64,000 bases of DNA from Escherichia phage JSE: the sequence record EU863408; one strand, 5' to 3'. A model generated the notes under the pieces. That model ran no database searches and was not told the origin of the DNA. It was given only the letters and a program-made list of their open reading frames with translations. Shown here one piece after another: positions 55,282 through 63,330 of the stretch. Position 1 is the first letter of the stretch. Each line of letters opens with the position of its first letter. Position numbers and translations under genes: made by a program.

Positions 55282-55812
55282 TTAGTATTTTACGTTACGT
55301 CGAACGCCTTTTCGAATCTGACAAATAGCAGACGGTGAAACATTATATTTTCTTGCAAGTTCTACACCCTTCATATGGGGAGAAGATAAAATCTCTTCCA
55401 CTTGGTCGTCGGTAAGTTTTGCGTTTCCGTGGTTCTCTCCCCAATTTTTGTTTAATCCTTCTTCCTTCGCATGAACAAGATTTCGGGTATCTGTCGTCCA
55501 TTCAAGATTATAAAGGTCATAGTTTTGTTTGTTTCCATCCTTATGATTAACTACACGGTAGTTATTTGGATTCGGAATAAACGCAACCGCCATAGCTTTA
55601 TGCATGTTCACGGTTTTTCTAAATCCATCCGGCTTATAACATACTGTAAATTTAGAATAACCAGTTTTACCATAAACACTAATATAATTTCCGGTCTCCG
55701 TATTTCTAACCCTACCATGAGAGCTAATCTCAAATTGAGTGTAGGGCAACAGCGCATCAATCACTTTCCATTCTTCGACAGGATGGTCATCACAATATCT
55801 TTTAATCATCAT
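55282..55812 (-). CDS. free-standing HNH homing endonuclease (NUMOD4/HNH_3 with C-terminal HTH)
   Basis: 176 aa; EEWKVIDALLPYTQFEISSHGRVRN; HKAMAVAFIPNPNNYRVVNHKDGNKQNYDLYNLEWTT; directly after terminator 55822-55852. Confidence 0.8.
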   Translation of the reverse strand: MMIKRYCDDHPVEEWKVIDALLPYTQFEISSHGRVRNTETGNYISVYGKTGYSKFTVCYKPDGFRKTVNMHKAMAVAFIPNPNNYRVVNHKDGNKQNYDLYNLEWTTDTRNLVHAKEEGLNKNWGENHGNAKLTDDQVEEILSSPHMKGVELARKYNVSPSAICQIRKGVRRNVKY

Positions 55813-55821
55813 ATCACCTCA

Positions 55822-55852
55822 TAAAAATAAAGCCAACCCTTTCGGATTGGCT
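55822..55852 (-). terminator. intrinsic terminator after GrcA-like gene
   Basis: minus RNA AGCCAAUCC-GAAA-GGGUUGGCU then UUAUUUUUAU. Confidence 0.6.
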
Positions 55853-55859
55853 TAAAAAT

Positions 55860-56276
55860 TTACATTGCTTCCGTAAAGGTGCGCGAAATAACGTCACGTT
55901 GTTGGTCTGGAGTCAGACTATTGAATCTTACGGCATATCCGCTAACGCGAATGGTTAGTTGCGGATACTTATCAGGATTAGCAACCGCATCGAGAAGAAG
56001 ATCGCGACTCATAACATTGATATTAGCGTGCTGACCACCTTCGACAACCGGAGCACCATTATCTACAATCACCGGACGGAAGCTAGTTGTGTGCAGTGCC
56101 AGAGAATCGACGTCTTCTGCGGTGATCACATGGTCTTCTGCGAAAGTTTTACTAACAATTACTTTAGCGCCGATCAGTGCTTTCGGTTCGGATACCAGAA
56201 TCATAGGCGCGAAGTGTCCACCAATAATAGTACCTTTATGCTCACCTTTCATGATTTGAATTGCTTTAAATTCCAT
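55860..56276 (-). CDS. autonomous glycyl radical cofactor (GrcA/YfiD-like)
   Basis: 138 aa; C-terminus [33 protein letters not shown] near-identical to E. coli GrcA. Confidence 0.8.
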   Translation of the reverse strand: MEFKAIQIMKGEHKGTIIGGHFAPMILVSEPKALIGAKVIVSKTFAEDHVITAEDVDSLALHTTSFRPVIVDNGAPVVEGGQHANINVMSRDLLLDAVANPDKYPQLTIRVSGYAVRFNSLTPDQQRDVISRTFTEAM

Positions 56277-56283
56277 AATTCAC

Positions 56284-56412
56284 CTCTTATAGATCAGGAC
56301 GTTCGTCATTAATTTTACCAACCAAAACACCATAGAGTTTATCAGGTTGGACTTTACGATTCTTTTTAATTGTAGCACGGAATCGACGAGCTACGCTATC
56401 TTTATTTTTCAT
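56284..56412 (-). CDS. small basic ORF (42 aa)
   Basis: hand-translated MKNKDSVARRFRATIKKNRKVQPDKLYGVLVGKINDERPDL; TAATG overlap with upstream stop. Confidence 0.35.
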
Positions 56413-56897
56413 TAGTTGATACCTAAGCCAATGAAAATAGGTTGGTCTTCTACATTACCCATCCCAACACTAAGTCGATTCAATTCTAAAAACTGCAATA
56501 CGCTGTCAGTAAATCCGCGCATGGTAGTATCTAGGATAAAAATTGTTTTGTCAAGACTACGACCTCGCCATGTGATCGGATTCAGGAAAGTTCGGATAGA
56601 TGTACAATCTACATCTGAAATATTTACATTTTCACCGCGACCGCGATCTCGGATCGTTTTGGCATGTTCCCGCGTCGTTGAAACGATAAAGACACTATAG
56701 CCTTTTCGCGTATAATGGTCATATAACTTGATTGTAGCGTCTGTATGCCCTGTCTGACGGCCTAAATTGATTGAGACGATGGAATCTAGGTCATCAGCAA
56801 AATTGCGTCGCTTACGGCGTTCTATGATGCCATTTACGGCAGATACACACGCAGCATAAATCAAATCTTTACTTTCTAATTTTACATCAATATTCAT
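56412..56897 (-). CDS. hypothetical protein
   Basis: 161-aa ORF; preceded by inverted repeat ACGGGGAGA...UCUCCCCGU. Confidence 0.5.
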   Translation of the reverse strand: MNIDVKLESKDLIYAACVSAVNGIIERRKRRNFADDLDSIVSINLGRQTGHTDATIKLYDHYTRKGYSVFIVSTTREHAKTIRDRGRGENVNISDVDCTSIRTFLNPITWRGRSLDKTIFILDTTMRGFTDSVLQFLELNRLSVGMGNVEDQPIFIGLGIN

Positions 56898-56959
56898 GGT
56901 AAAGTCTCCAGTGAACGGGGAGAGATCCTTAGATTGTCTCCCCGTTGATGGTTAATATT

Positions 56960-57535
56960 TTATTTTGGATCTGGGAAATTCAATAGAGCATATTCTCCAT
57001 AAAATTTCCTAGCTGCATTATCATAAGCGATTGCAGCTTCGATTTCTGTGTCATATTGTCCAAGAACATGTCTTTGTAGGTTGACCATTATACTAGCTCT
57101 CCATTTCTTACGCAAATCCTTCCTGTTACACTTACTAACACCCTTATACACACTAGAAAACTTTTTAGACTTCTTCTTTCTATTATGTTGATTTTGCGCG
57201 TCGGTTGCCTCCCTAAGATTTGGAGGATTGTTATTAGCAGGATTACCGTCAATATGATCAATTAATCTAACTTGCGTCCCATGTTCTAGAAACCAAACAA
57301 CCCTATGCACGAATAGATGAACTCTAGGAAGACCGTCATCTCTACTATGCCAAAATCTAAGATGACCATCTTTATTTGTTCTGACTTTAACTAAATCGCC
57401 GTGTTTATATCTACTCCCTAATGGTCGTCCTTTGATAGCTTTACTATCGACTCTATAATATAAGATACCCTCTATATGAGCATATCTAAGTTTTATCTCG
57501 TTTTGTAGGGATTCATCCCAATATTTAAAAGCCAT
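56960..57535 (-). CDS. free-standing HNH homing endonuclease with AP2-type domain (paralog of 3019-3582)
   Basis: 191 aa; HRVVWFLEHGTQVRLIDHIDGNPANNNPPNLREAT; also similar to 3019-3582 at nucleotide level. Confidence 0.8.
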   Translation of the reverse strand: MAFKYWDESLQNEIKLRYAHIEGILYYRVDSKAIKGRPLGSRYKHGDLVKVRTNKDGHLRFWHSRDDGLPRVHLFVHRVVWFLEHGTQVRLIDHIDGNPANNNPPNLREATDAQNQHNRKKKSKKFSSVYKGVSKCNRKDLRKKWRASIMVNLQRHVLGQYDTEIEAAIAYDNAARKFYGEYALLNFPDPK

Positions 57536-57580
57536 TTTATAATCCTCACAAAGCCAGCGATTAAGCTGGCTTTATTTTAG

Positions 57581-57970
57581 TTATACCGGGTCTGGATATA
57601 CCTTTTTATCGAGTTCCATATGCGGTCCGTCTTTAAAAGTAACCCAATCAACACCGCAGATAACAGGAACACCCAATTCTCGACCAGCTTGTTTAAATGC
57701 ATCAGCGATCATACGGTAGTATTTCATGTTCCATGTATCCTTATCTTTCGGATACGCTACAACGTCAACCGCGAAACCGTGAAGATGACGAGATTTCATA
57801 GTCTTAGATTTACCTTCCGCAACATATTTCTTTTGCGTTTCTAGACTACGTACACCTTCCGTAATACCAAAATCGACCGGAGTCAGTTCTAACGCACGAT
57901 GAACGACTTTTACCAGGTCTGGATGCACACCAACAAGCCGATCTTTGCTTCTTTGAGATAATTTAAACAT
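57581..57970 (-). CDS. peptidase M15-type cell-wall hydrolase (L-Ala-D-Glu / D-Ala-D-Ala peptidase fold)
   Basis: 129 aa; SRHLHGFAVDV zinc-binding signature. Confidence 0.65.
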   Translation of the reverse strand: MFKLSQRSKDRLVGVHPDLVKVVHRALELTPVDFGITEGVRSLETQKKYVAEGKSKTMKSRHLHGFAVDVVAYPKDKDTWNMKYYRMIADAFKQAGRELGVPVICGVDWVTFKDGPHMELDKKVYPDPV

Positions 57971-57998
57971 TATTCACCCCCTTTGTGAGTGATAATAT

Positions 57999-58190
57999 TT
58001 AGATCCCGGCGATCCTGCATAGAGTTCTTGTATTAGCACCAATAAGGATAGCATTAACGACAACCATTCCCCAATCAACCCACTGATTATTATAAATGCT
58101 AAATCCGTTTGCTAGGCCAAATACAAGCATTCCGGTACACATACTCAGAGCAATAATCAACATCACGGTAAAACCAAATGCAAATCTCAT
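57999..58190 (-). CDS. small membrane protein
   Basis: 63 aa, two hydrophobic helices. Confidence 0.4.
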   Translation of the reverse strand: MRFAFGFTVMLIIALSMCTGMLVFGLANGFSIYNNQWVDWGMVVVNAILIGANTRTLCRIAGI

Positions 58191-58191
58191 A

Positions 58192-58458
58192 TTATTTTCC
58201 TTTTCTCTGTTTACGTTTATAAAAGTAATACATTACCTCATCGCGTCCGGTGATCCAACATGCTAGGGCGGTAAACAGGTTTACAATTCCCAACACACCT
58301 ACTGACGCGGCGCTGTCAACAGACATAGGAACAGTAAAGGCCATAGCTAACATAGCAACGCCACAAATGACATTAAGCACCATTATAATAAGACCGAAGA
58401 AAACCATTGTCAATCCTCCGACACAAGAAAACCAACAATCACGCCAGTGATAAGACAT
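58192..58458 (-). CDS. small membrane protein
   Basis: 88 aa, multiple hydrophobic segments, basic C-terminus. Confidence 0.45.
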   Translation of the reverse strand: MSYHWRDCWFSCVGGLTMVFFGLIIMVLNVICGVAMLAMAFTVPMSVDSAASVGVLGIVNLFTALACWITGRDEVMYYFYKRKQRKGK

Positions 58459-58601
58459 GATGCGCCGCTAATCAGACAACCCGCACCAAGTGATTCCCAC
58501 CAGATCAGAGAAGCGACAATAACACAGAATCCCCATACTACCGCAATCACAACATAGGCAAGGGTCGCCCAAAACATATATTTGTTCATAATAAATCCCA
58601 T
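58410..58601 (-). CDS. small membrane protein
   Basis: 63 aa, hydrophobic. Confidence 0.4.
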   Translation of the reverse strand: MGFIMNKYMFWATLAYVVIAVVWGFCVIVASLIWWESLGAGCLISGASCLITGVIVGFLVSED

Positions 58602-58774
58602 TCACCAAACAAATAAGAAAAAAGCCATATCAACAGAAACGAGGCAATTGATCCGGCAAGCAAAATGATATTAGAGAATCCGCCGTCTATCCAGGCGACA
58701 AAACAGAATACGCCAGTATAGAAGCATAAACCAATTACAAAGCATACTATAAGCAACCATAGATAAAACGCCAT
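58586..58774 (-). CDS. small membrane protein
   Basis: 62 aa, hydrophobic. Confidence 0.4.
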   Translation of the reverse strand: MAFYLWLLIVCFVIGLCFYTGVFCFVAWIDGGFSNIILLAGSIASFLLIWLFSYLFGEWDLL

Positions 58775-58996
58775 AGAAAGCCCTCCATCGAGATAAATTA
58801 GTGCGGGTAGTACATTACCCTACCCGCATTGTTAATCATCGCAGAGCGTGTTCTAGAACGATTCCACACCAACCGCTAACCACACCCAAACACACAGCAA
58901 CAAGCAGATTCATTCGGTCTTTTGGAATCATCGCAAACAGAACAACACCCACACAGAAAGCCATTACCATTGAAGTTAACATTTGTTCAACCATTA

Positions 58997-59335
58997 TCAC
59001 ACCTTTAAAGTCATAGACGCATAAACATTAATGTCAGGCCAGTTAGGTTCGCAATTATACTCAACATCCCACAAATAAAGCGGTTTAGATGTATCAGCCA
59101 AGTTTTTAAAATCTTCTACCCACATTTCAAGGCTATATGATGGATAAACTAGGCTATCATATCCGCCGTAACGTTGGCCTACTGGTCGGTCAGTAAAAAC
59201 TACCTCAAGATCCGGTAATTCTTTTTCAAGGATAACCGCCAGCGCATAAATCAGACGGTCTTCCTTGTTACGCTGCCGAAGGACCGTTGTCAGTGGGTTT
59301 TTCTGGTTCACTAGCAAGCACCTCCACATTTTCAC
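58997..59335 (-). CDS. hypothetical protein
   Basis: 112-aa track ORF; start uncertain (overlaps upstream ORF). Confidence 0.4.
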   Translation of the reverse strand: MKMWRCLLVNQKNPLTTVLRQRNKEDRLIYALAVILEKELPDLEVVFTDRPVGQRYGGYDSLVYPSYSLEMWVEDFKNLADTSKPLYLWDVEYNCEPNWPDINVYASMTLKV

Positions 59336-59588
59336 AGAATGAAATTTTCACAGACACAATTTTACCATAAGTGAAGAATGAATATACATTATCGAGATAT
59401 TCAACGTCACCTACAATCACATCAAACTGCGGATCAGCAACCGCCGCAACATATTCTACCAGTTCATCAAGAGAATGCAACTTAATTTCATCAATTCGGC
59501 TGTATTTGGTTGCATCTTTGATTTTAAAACCACGTTCTTTCAGCTTATCAATTAGAATTTCACGCGGAGTTTCAAACAGTTTGCTCAT
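59268..59588 (-). CDS. hypothetical protein
   Basis: 106 aa; GAGGATTATATT-ATG. Confidence 0.45.
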   Translation of the reverse strand: MSKLFETPREILIDKLKERGFKIKDATKYSRIDEIKLHSLDELVEYVAAVADPQFDVIVGDVEYLDNVYSFFTYGKIVSVKISFCENVEVLASEPEKPTDNGPSAA

Positions 59589-59610
59589 AATATAATCCTC
59601 ACATAGTTAA

Positions 59611-59805
59611 TCAATGGTCAATAATCTTGCACATTATAACAGAAAGAACAAAGACCGCAACCCACATATAGATCCCAGCAATCAATGCAATTTCAATATC
59701 ACAATATCCAAGATATACAACAGGAATAAAAACAAACATACAGACCAGCGCAAAGAAACTAGCAAAGACGCTAGAAAATCCGATAGCAGTATTAGTAATA
59801 TTCAT
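59611..59805 (-). CDS. small membrane protein
   Basis: 64 aa, hydrophobic. Confidence 0.4.
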   Translation of the reverse strand: MNITNTAIGFSSVFASFFALVCMFVFIPVVYLGYCDIEIALIAGIYMWVAVFVLSVIMCKIIDH

Positions 59806-59806
59806 A

Positions 59807-59989
59807 TTAACAATCCTCGCGGCTTAAGTCAACAGCAATTGCATACAGCATAATGAATATGCTAGCCGATCCGAGAATCAATGCACCCTCACATTTTGAA
59901 ACTCGCTCATCAAAATGTAACATTATCCATCCGAGGATGTTAAAGGCGCAGACCGCGCCTATGTTCGCTAACCAATTAATCTTTTTCAT
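59807..59989 (-). CDS. small membrane protein
   Basis: 60 aa, hydrophobic. Confidence 0.4.
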   Translation of the reverse strand: MKKINWLANIGAVCAFNILGWIMLHFDERVSKCEGALILGSASIFIMLYAIAVDLSREDC

Positions 59990-59997
59990 AATATACC

Positions 59998-60324
59998 TTA
60001 GAAAGAAACAGTTTTCAAGAAATCCAGATTTTTAGTACCGAAAACAGAAAAGTAGTGTTTTCCTTTTTCGGTTTTAGAGAAAGCGATTGTCTTCTCTACA
60101 TGGTGACGGAAGCCAGACAGACGATCACCCAGGTCAAGGCGGCAAGCGTAAGTAGTGCCGTTTTCGAAAGTAACCTCGATTTGAGTTTTGTCATATTCGC
60201 TTTCATAGGCTTTTGCTGCCGCTTCCTGTGCTTTACGCTCGAAGTCTTCGAAGTGGAATACTTCGTTTGCGTTAGCGAATACAGAAGATTCAGAGAAGAT
60301 AACTTTAACAGATACTGGTTTCAT
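59998..60324 (-). CDS. hypothetical protein
   Basis: 108 aa; AGGAGTATCAAA-ATG. Confidence 0.5.
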   Translation of the reverse strand: MKPVSVKVIFSESSVFANANEVFHFEDFERKAQEAAAKAYESEYDKTQIEVTFENGTTYACRLDLGDRLSGFRHHVEKTIAFSKTEKGKHYFSVFGTKNLDFLKTVSF

Positions 60325-60366
60325 TTTGATACTCCTTAGTAGTTCGTGTTTCGTTTCGATGGGTGT

Positions 60367-60395
60367 ATTATGCTATACACCCTCTCTCGTGTCAA
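60367..60395 (-). promoter_or_regulatory. sigma70-type early promoter (PeSL-like)
   Basis: minus strand TTGACA, 17-nt spacer, CATAAT; GGGUGUAU/AUACACCC inverted repeat; CGAAACGAAACAC leader. Confidence 0.6.
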
Positions 60396-60402
60396 CAACT
60401 TT

Positions 60403-60591
60403 TTAGTCTTTTTTCATAATTTCTAGAGCAGTTTCTACAGCACCTTTCCAACCTTCCCACATAATGGACATAGTAAGGAAGTTAAAGCACCCGCAGGAAT
60501 CAACCTTTTTAGAGATAAACCATTCTACAAACGCTTCGCTCATACCATGCTCTTTAGCGGATTCGCGTAATTGTTCAATTTGGTCTTCCAT
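60403..60591 (-). CDS. hypothetical protein
   Basis: 62-aa ORF. Confidence 0.4.
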   Translation of the reverse strand: MEDQIEQLRESAKEHGMSEAFVEWFISKKVDSCGCFNFLTMSIMWEGWKGAVETALEIMKKD

Positions 60592-60613
60592 AGTATCACC
60601 TCAACACTTAACG

Positions 60614-60808
60614 TTATTCAAACTCAAACGGTCTATTCATCCTATTGTAAAAGTACATATAACAAGCATAGTTATGTTTTGGTTGTACCGTATCAGATAG
60701 ACACGCTTTTACAGCCTCGCGGTCCGATGGGTCTACACCCTCAGCTTTAAGTAATGCTAAAATCTGGTTATAGCGTACTCTTAGTTGTACTAATGGTTTA
60801 TCCCCCAT
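60614..60808 (-). CDS. hypothetical protein
   Basis: 64-aa ORF. Confidence 0.4.
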   Translation of the reverse strand: MGDKPLVQLRVRYNQILALLKAEGVDPSDREAVKACLSDTVQPKHNYACYMYFYNRMNRPFEFE

Positions 60809-60817
60809 ATTACCCCC

Positions 60818-61039
60818 TTATAGTTGATCAGCGATGTAAGCGTGACAAGCGCGGAGTTTCATTAATGCACTACCTTTCACTTCGCCTACGATGTTCATAA
60901 CTTCTAAGCGGTCGGATGGATTCATCTTAGAGCACCAGATCTGGTTAGCCAATTCCAGTTTACTCATATTTGGTTCCATCTCAAACAGTTCACGCTCAAA
61001 GTCGATAATTTCTTTTGCTGCGTCTTTAAAGTTAATCAT
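60818..61039 (-). CDS. hypothetical protein
   Basis: 73 aa; GGAGAATCAAA-ATG. Confidence 0.45.
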   Translation of the reverse strand: MINFKDAAKEIIDFERELFEMEPNMSKLELANQIWCSKMNPSDRLEVMNIVGEVKGSALMKLRACHAYIADQL

Positions 61040-61068
61040 TTTGATTCTCCCGTTTCGTTGATGGTTGT

Positions 61069-61097
61069 ATTGTAGGGGAGTTATCCTCCCCTGTCAA
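61069..61097 (-). promoter_or_regulatory. sigma70-type early promoter (PeSL)
   Basis: minus strand TTGACA, 17-nt spacer GGGGAG-GAUAA-CUCCCC, TACAAT. Confidence 0.6.
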
Positions 61098-61105
61098 CAC
61101 TTTTA

Positions 61106-61291
61106 TCAGAAATATGCAATATAGTTTGCCAGTCCGACAGAGTCATCATTCGGCATTGCTTTTACTGCCAGTTCAAACCCTGCTTCAACTTTCTGTTTAG
61201 CGGATTCTTCGTTATAACCCCAGATTACCAGAATAGCTACTACGTTTTCTTTGCTTACTGCTTTCAGTGCTTTAGTGATGCGACGTGCCAT
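61106..61291 (-). CDS. hypothetical protein
   Basis: 61 aa; GGAGAATCAAATT-ATG. Confidence 0.45.
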   Translation of the reverse strand: MARRITKALKAVSKENVVAILVIWGYNEESAKQKVEAGFELAVKAMPNDDSVGLANYIAYF

Positions 61292-61337
61292 AATTTGATT
61301 CTCCGTTTAAGAAAGTGTGTTTCGTTTCGATGGGTGT

Positions 61338-61366
61338 ATTATGCTATAGGCCGGATCTGGTGTCAA
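61338..61366 (-). promoter_or_regulatory. sigma70-type early promoter
   Basis: minus strand TTGACA, 17-nt spacer, CATAAT; conserved leader. Confidence 0.6.
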
Positions 61367-61397
61367 CAACTTTTTTTAAAAAAAATTTTTAGGCAAT

Positions 61398-61424
61398 AAA
61401 AAAGCCACTCCGAAGAGTGGCTTA
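61398..61424 (-). terminator. intrinsic terminator
   Basis: minus RNA GCCACUC-UUCG-GAGUGGC then UUUUUUAUU. Confidence 0.6.
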
Positions 61425-61570
61425 TAGGGAAGGTAGCGAATCTTCCTTGTCTCCAACCTGCTAGCGGCCTAGCAAGTGAATGCTTTAGCGTACCGGATCG
61501 CCCATACGCTGCAATAAATGCGGCTAGGTGACGTCCAAATCATTCTAACCGCGCTGTCTTTAGTTCACTA

Positions 61571-61789
61571 TTATTTATATCGCTTTCTCTCGCGACGTTT
61601 TTGATCTTCTTCCTTGATAGAGTTAAATGCATCAAAAAGACACATGACACTAATAATAAACATAACCGTATTTTCTACGATATCCCACGGCTTCGCATCA
61701 GTACAGATCCCCCAAACGGTAAGAAATGCAAATAGTGCAGAAGAGATCACAAGCATGATACTTGCTAAGATATAAAAAGTCATTTTCAT
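61571..61789 (-). CDS. small membrane protein
   Basis: 72 aa; two TM helices, basic tail. Confidence 0.45.
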   Translation of the reverse strand: MKMTFYILASIMLVISSALFAFLTVWGICTDAKPWDIVENTVMFIISVMCLFDAFNSIKEEDQKRRERKRYK

Positions 61790-61980
61790 GGTTTTACCTC
61801 AATTCTTCGATATTCATCACACATCCACGCAGTAAGCAAGAATCCTAACACATAAGCAACAAAATACGTTAATGCTTCTTCTGGTTCTGTGCTGTGTATC
61901 ATCATTAAACCAGCTAGAACGGTCTTAACAATTACATTTAAAATAATTAGCCACGCAAATAATTTCATCGTTTGCCCCAT
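61786..61980 (-). CDS. small membrane protein
   Basis: 64 aa, hydrophobic; ATGA-coupled. Confidence 0.4.
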   Translation of the reverse strand: MGQTMKLFAWLIILNVIVKTVLAGLMMIHSTEPEEALTYFVAYVLGFLLTAWMCDEYRRIEVKP

Positions 61981-62204
61981 TTCGGTCGAGTCTTTTCAAA
62001 CTTATACATTCCGTAACAATCTCGAATCATCCACGTAACAAGAGCACCAGTCAACACAGACAATACACAGAAGAAGTAAAACGGTCCAGTTGCATTATCA
62101 ACATGAGCAAGCCATGTAAAGAAAACACATGCTAAGAATGTAAAGAACATCATAAAACACAAGAAAGCAAAATATTTTATGCTACTCATAGCGCCACCAT
62201 ACAA
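61965..62204 (-). CDS. small membrane protein
   Basis: 79 aa, hydrophobic. Confidence 0.4.
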   Translation of the reverse strand: MYGGAMSSIKYFAFLCFMMFFTFLACVFFTWLAHVDNATGPFYFFCVLSVLTGALVTWMIRDCYGMYKFEKTRPKWGKR

Positions 62205-62292
62205 CAGATCATAAGAAAACCCAACGCAATAAGAATTGCATCAAATTTAGTGAACTCAGGTCCACCTATCAACATCATTCGTTCCTGTTCAT

Positions 62293-62490
62293 TCATAGAT
62301 CACAGAGCCATCTTACAGCACCACATAAAGCGATCAAAAGACTAGGTATAAACGAGATTACAACAAGTTTACAAAAATCATCTAAGGTAACACCGGAATA
62401 GCTACCTACTGTAACAACACCGATCATCAGACACAGAAAGAAAACAAATGCAATCAGAAACAAAGTATTGCTAAACAGTTTAGTGATCAT
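62293..62490 (-). CDS. small membrane protein
   Basis: 65 aa, hydrophobic. Confidence 0.4.
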   Translation of the reverse strand: MITKLFSNTLFLIAFVFFLCLMIGVVTVGSYSGVTLDDFCKLVVISFIPSLLIALCGAVRWLCDL

Positions 62491-62684
62491 TAGACACCCC
62501 CACGACGATCAATTTCAAAAACTTTTTTACCATCAACGAAGCATGTCACAACTGCCTCGTTGACTTCCGCAAATTGTTGTGTCACCCACTTAAGGTCAGA
62601 GCGAAACAATGTTCTATTAATAACAAATGTTTTACCGCTCTTATCCTTACCCATAAATTTTGCTTTAACCATATCCAATTCCAT
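62490..62684 (-). CDS. hypothetical protein
   Basis: 64-aa ORF. Confidence 0.4.
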   Translation of the reverse strand: MELDMVKAKFMGKDKSGKTFVINRTLFRSDLKWVTQQFAEVNEAVVTCFVDGKKVFEIDRRGGV

Positions 62685-62694
62685 ATTATCACCT

Positions 62695-62853
62695 TATTTG
62701 CTAATCGCTAAACCCAATCCGAAGAGAGCACCCGATGCTACAGTATACCCGAAAGTTTCAAATGCAGTAAAGATATCTAAGCCACCAGCTAACAGAGTTG
62801 CAGTAAACAGAGTACCAGCTACGAACATAAAAGTTTTACCGATAAATTTCATT
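62695..62853 (-). CDS. small membrane protein (52 aa)
   Basis: hand-translated MKFIGKTFMFVAGTLFTATLLAGG...; AGGAGAATCAAA-ATG; promoter directly upstream. Confidence 0.5.
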
Positions 62854-62884
62854 TTGATTCTCCTTTCGTTTGTTTGTGGGGGTA

Positions 62885-62913
62885 TCTTACTACCCCCGTT
62901 TCATGTTGTCAAC
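62885..62913 (-). promoter_or_regulatory. sigma70-type early promoter (PeSL)
   Basis: minus strand TTGACA, 17-nt spacer with GGGGGUA/UACCCCC stem, TAAGAT. Confidence 0.55.
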
Positions 62914-62918
62914 TGTTT

Positions 62919-63293
62919 TTAAGAAAATTTTACTTCGTCTACAATGTCTTTCATGACATTGATTTCCATTCCGGTCAGAACACGTTGGAACATGTGCTGC
63001 ACATACGCTTTCAGGTATTCATTTGATGGCTTGCTATCGAAAGTCTTTTTAGTGTAGTAGTCATCACCGAAAGCTACTGTAATTACATTTTCGTCGTCGT
63101 TCCAAGCGATATAAGCAAATTTGCCGTTATCCCAGAAGCGAGCACTAATTGCTACTTTTGTTGAATCGAATCCTACTTCGCTGTGAGATTCAAGAACTAC
63201 TTGCGTACCAGTTTCTTTATGAATGTAGTAGCGGGATACTAAGTCAAAGTTACGGGTGTAGTGACATTCGAATTTATCTTTAAACATCATCAT
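62919..63293 (-). CDS. hypothetical protein
   Basis: track ORF 62919-63362 (alt start inside promoter); start MMMFKDKFECHY at 63291-63293 after AGGAGAATCAAA. Confidence 0.5.
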   Translation of the reverse strand: MMMFKDKFECHYTRNFDLVSRYYIHKETGTQVVLESHSEVGFDSTKVAISARFWDNGKFAYIAWNDDENVITVAFGDDYYTKKTFDSKPSNEYLKAYVQHMFQRVLTGMEINVMKDIVDEVKFS

Positions 63294-63330
63294 TTTGATT
63301 CTCCTAAGTGTGTTTCGTTTCGATATGTGC

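Noticed and set aside
61425-61570. tRNA gene in the ORF-free gap
   Set aside because: No cloverleaf; the GGAAG...CUUCC pairing encloses a 9-nt loop unlike a T-arm.
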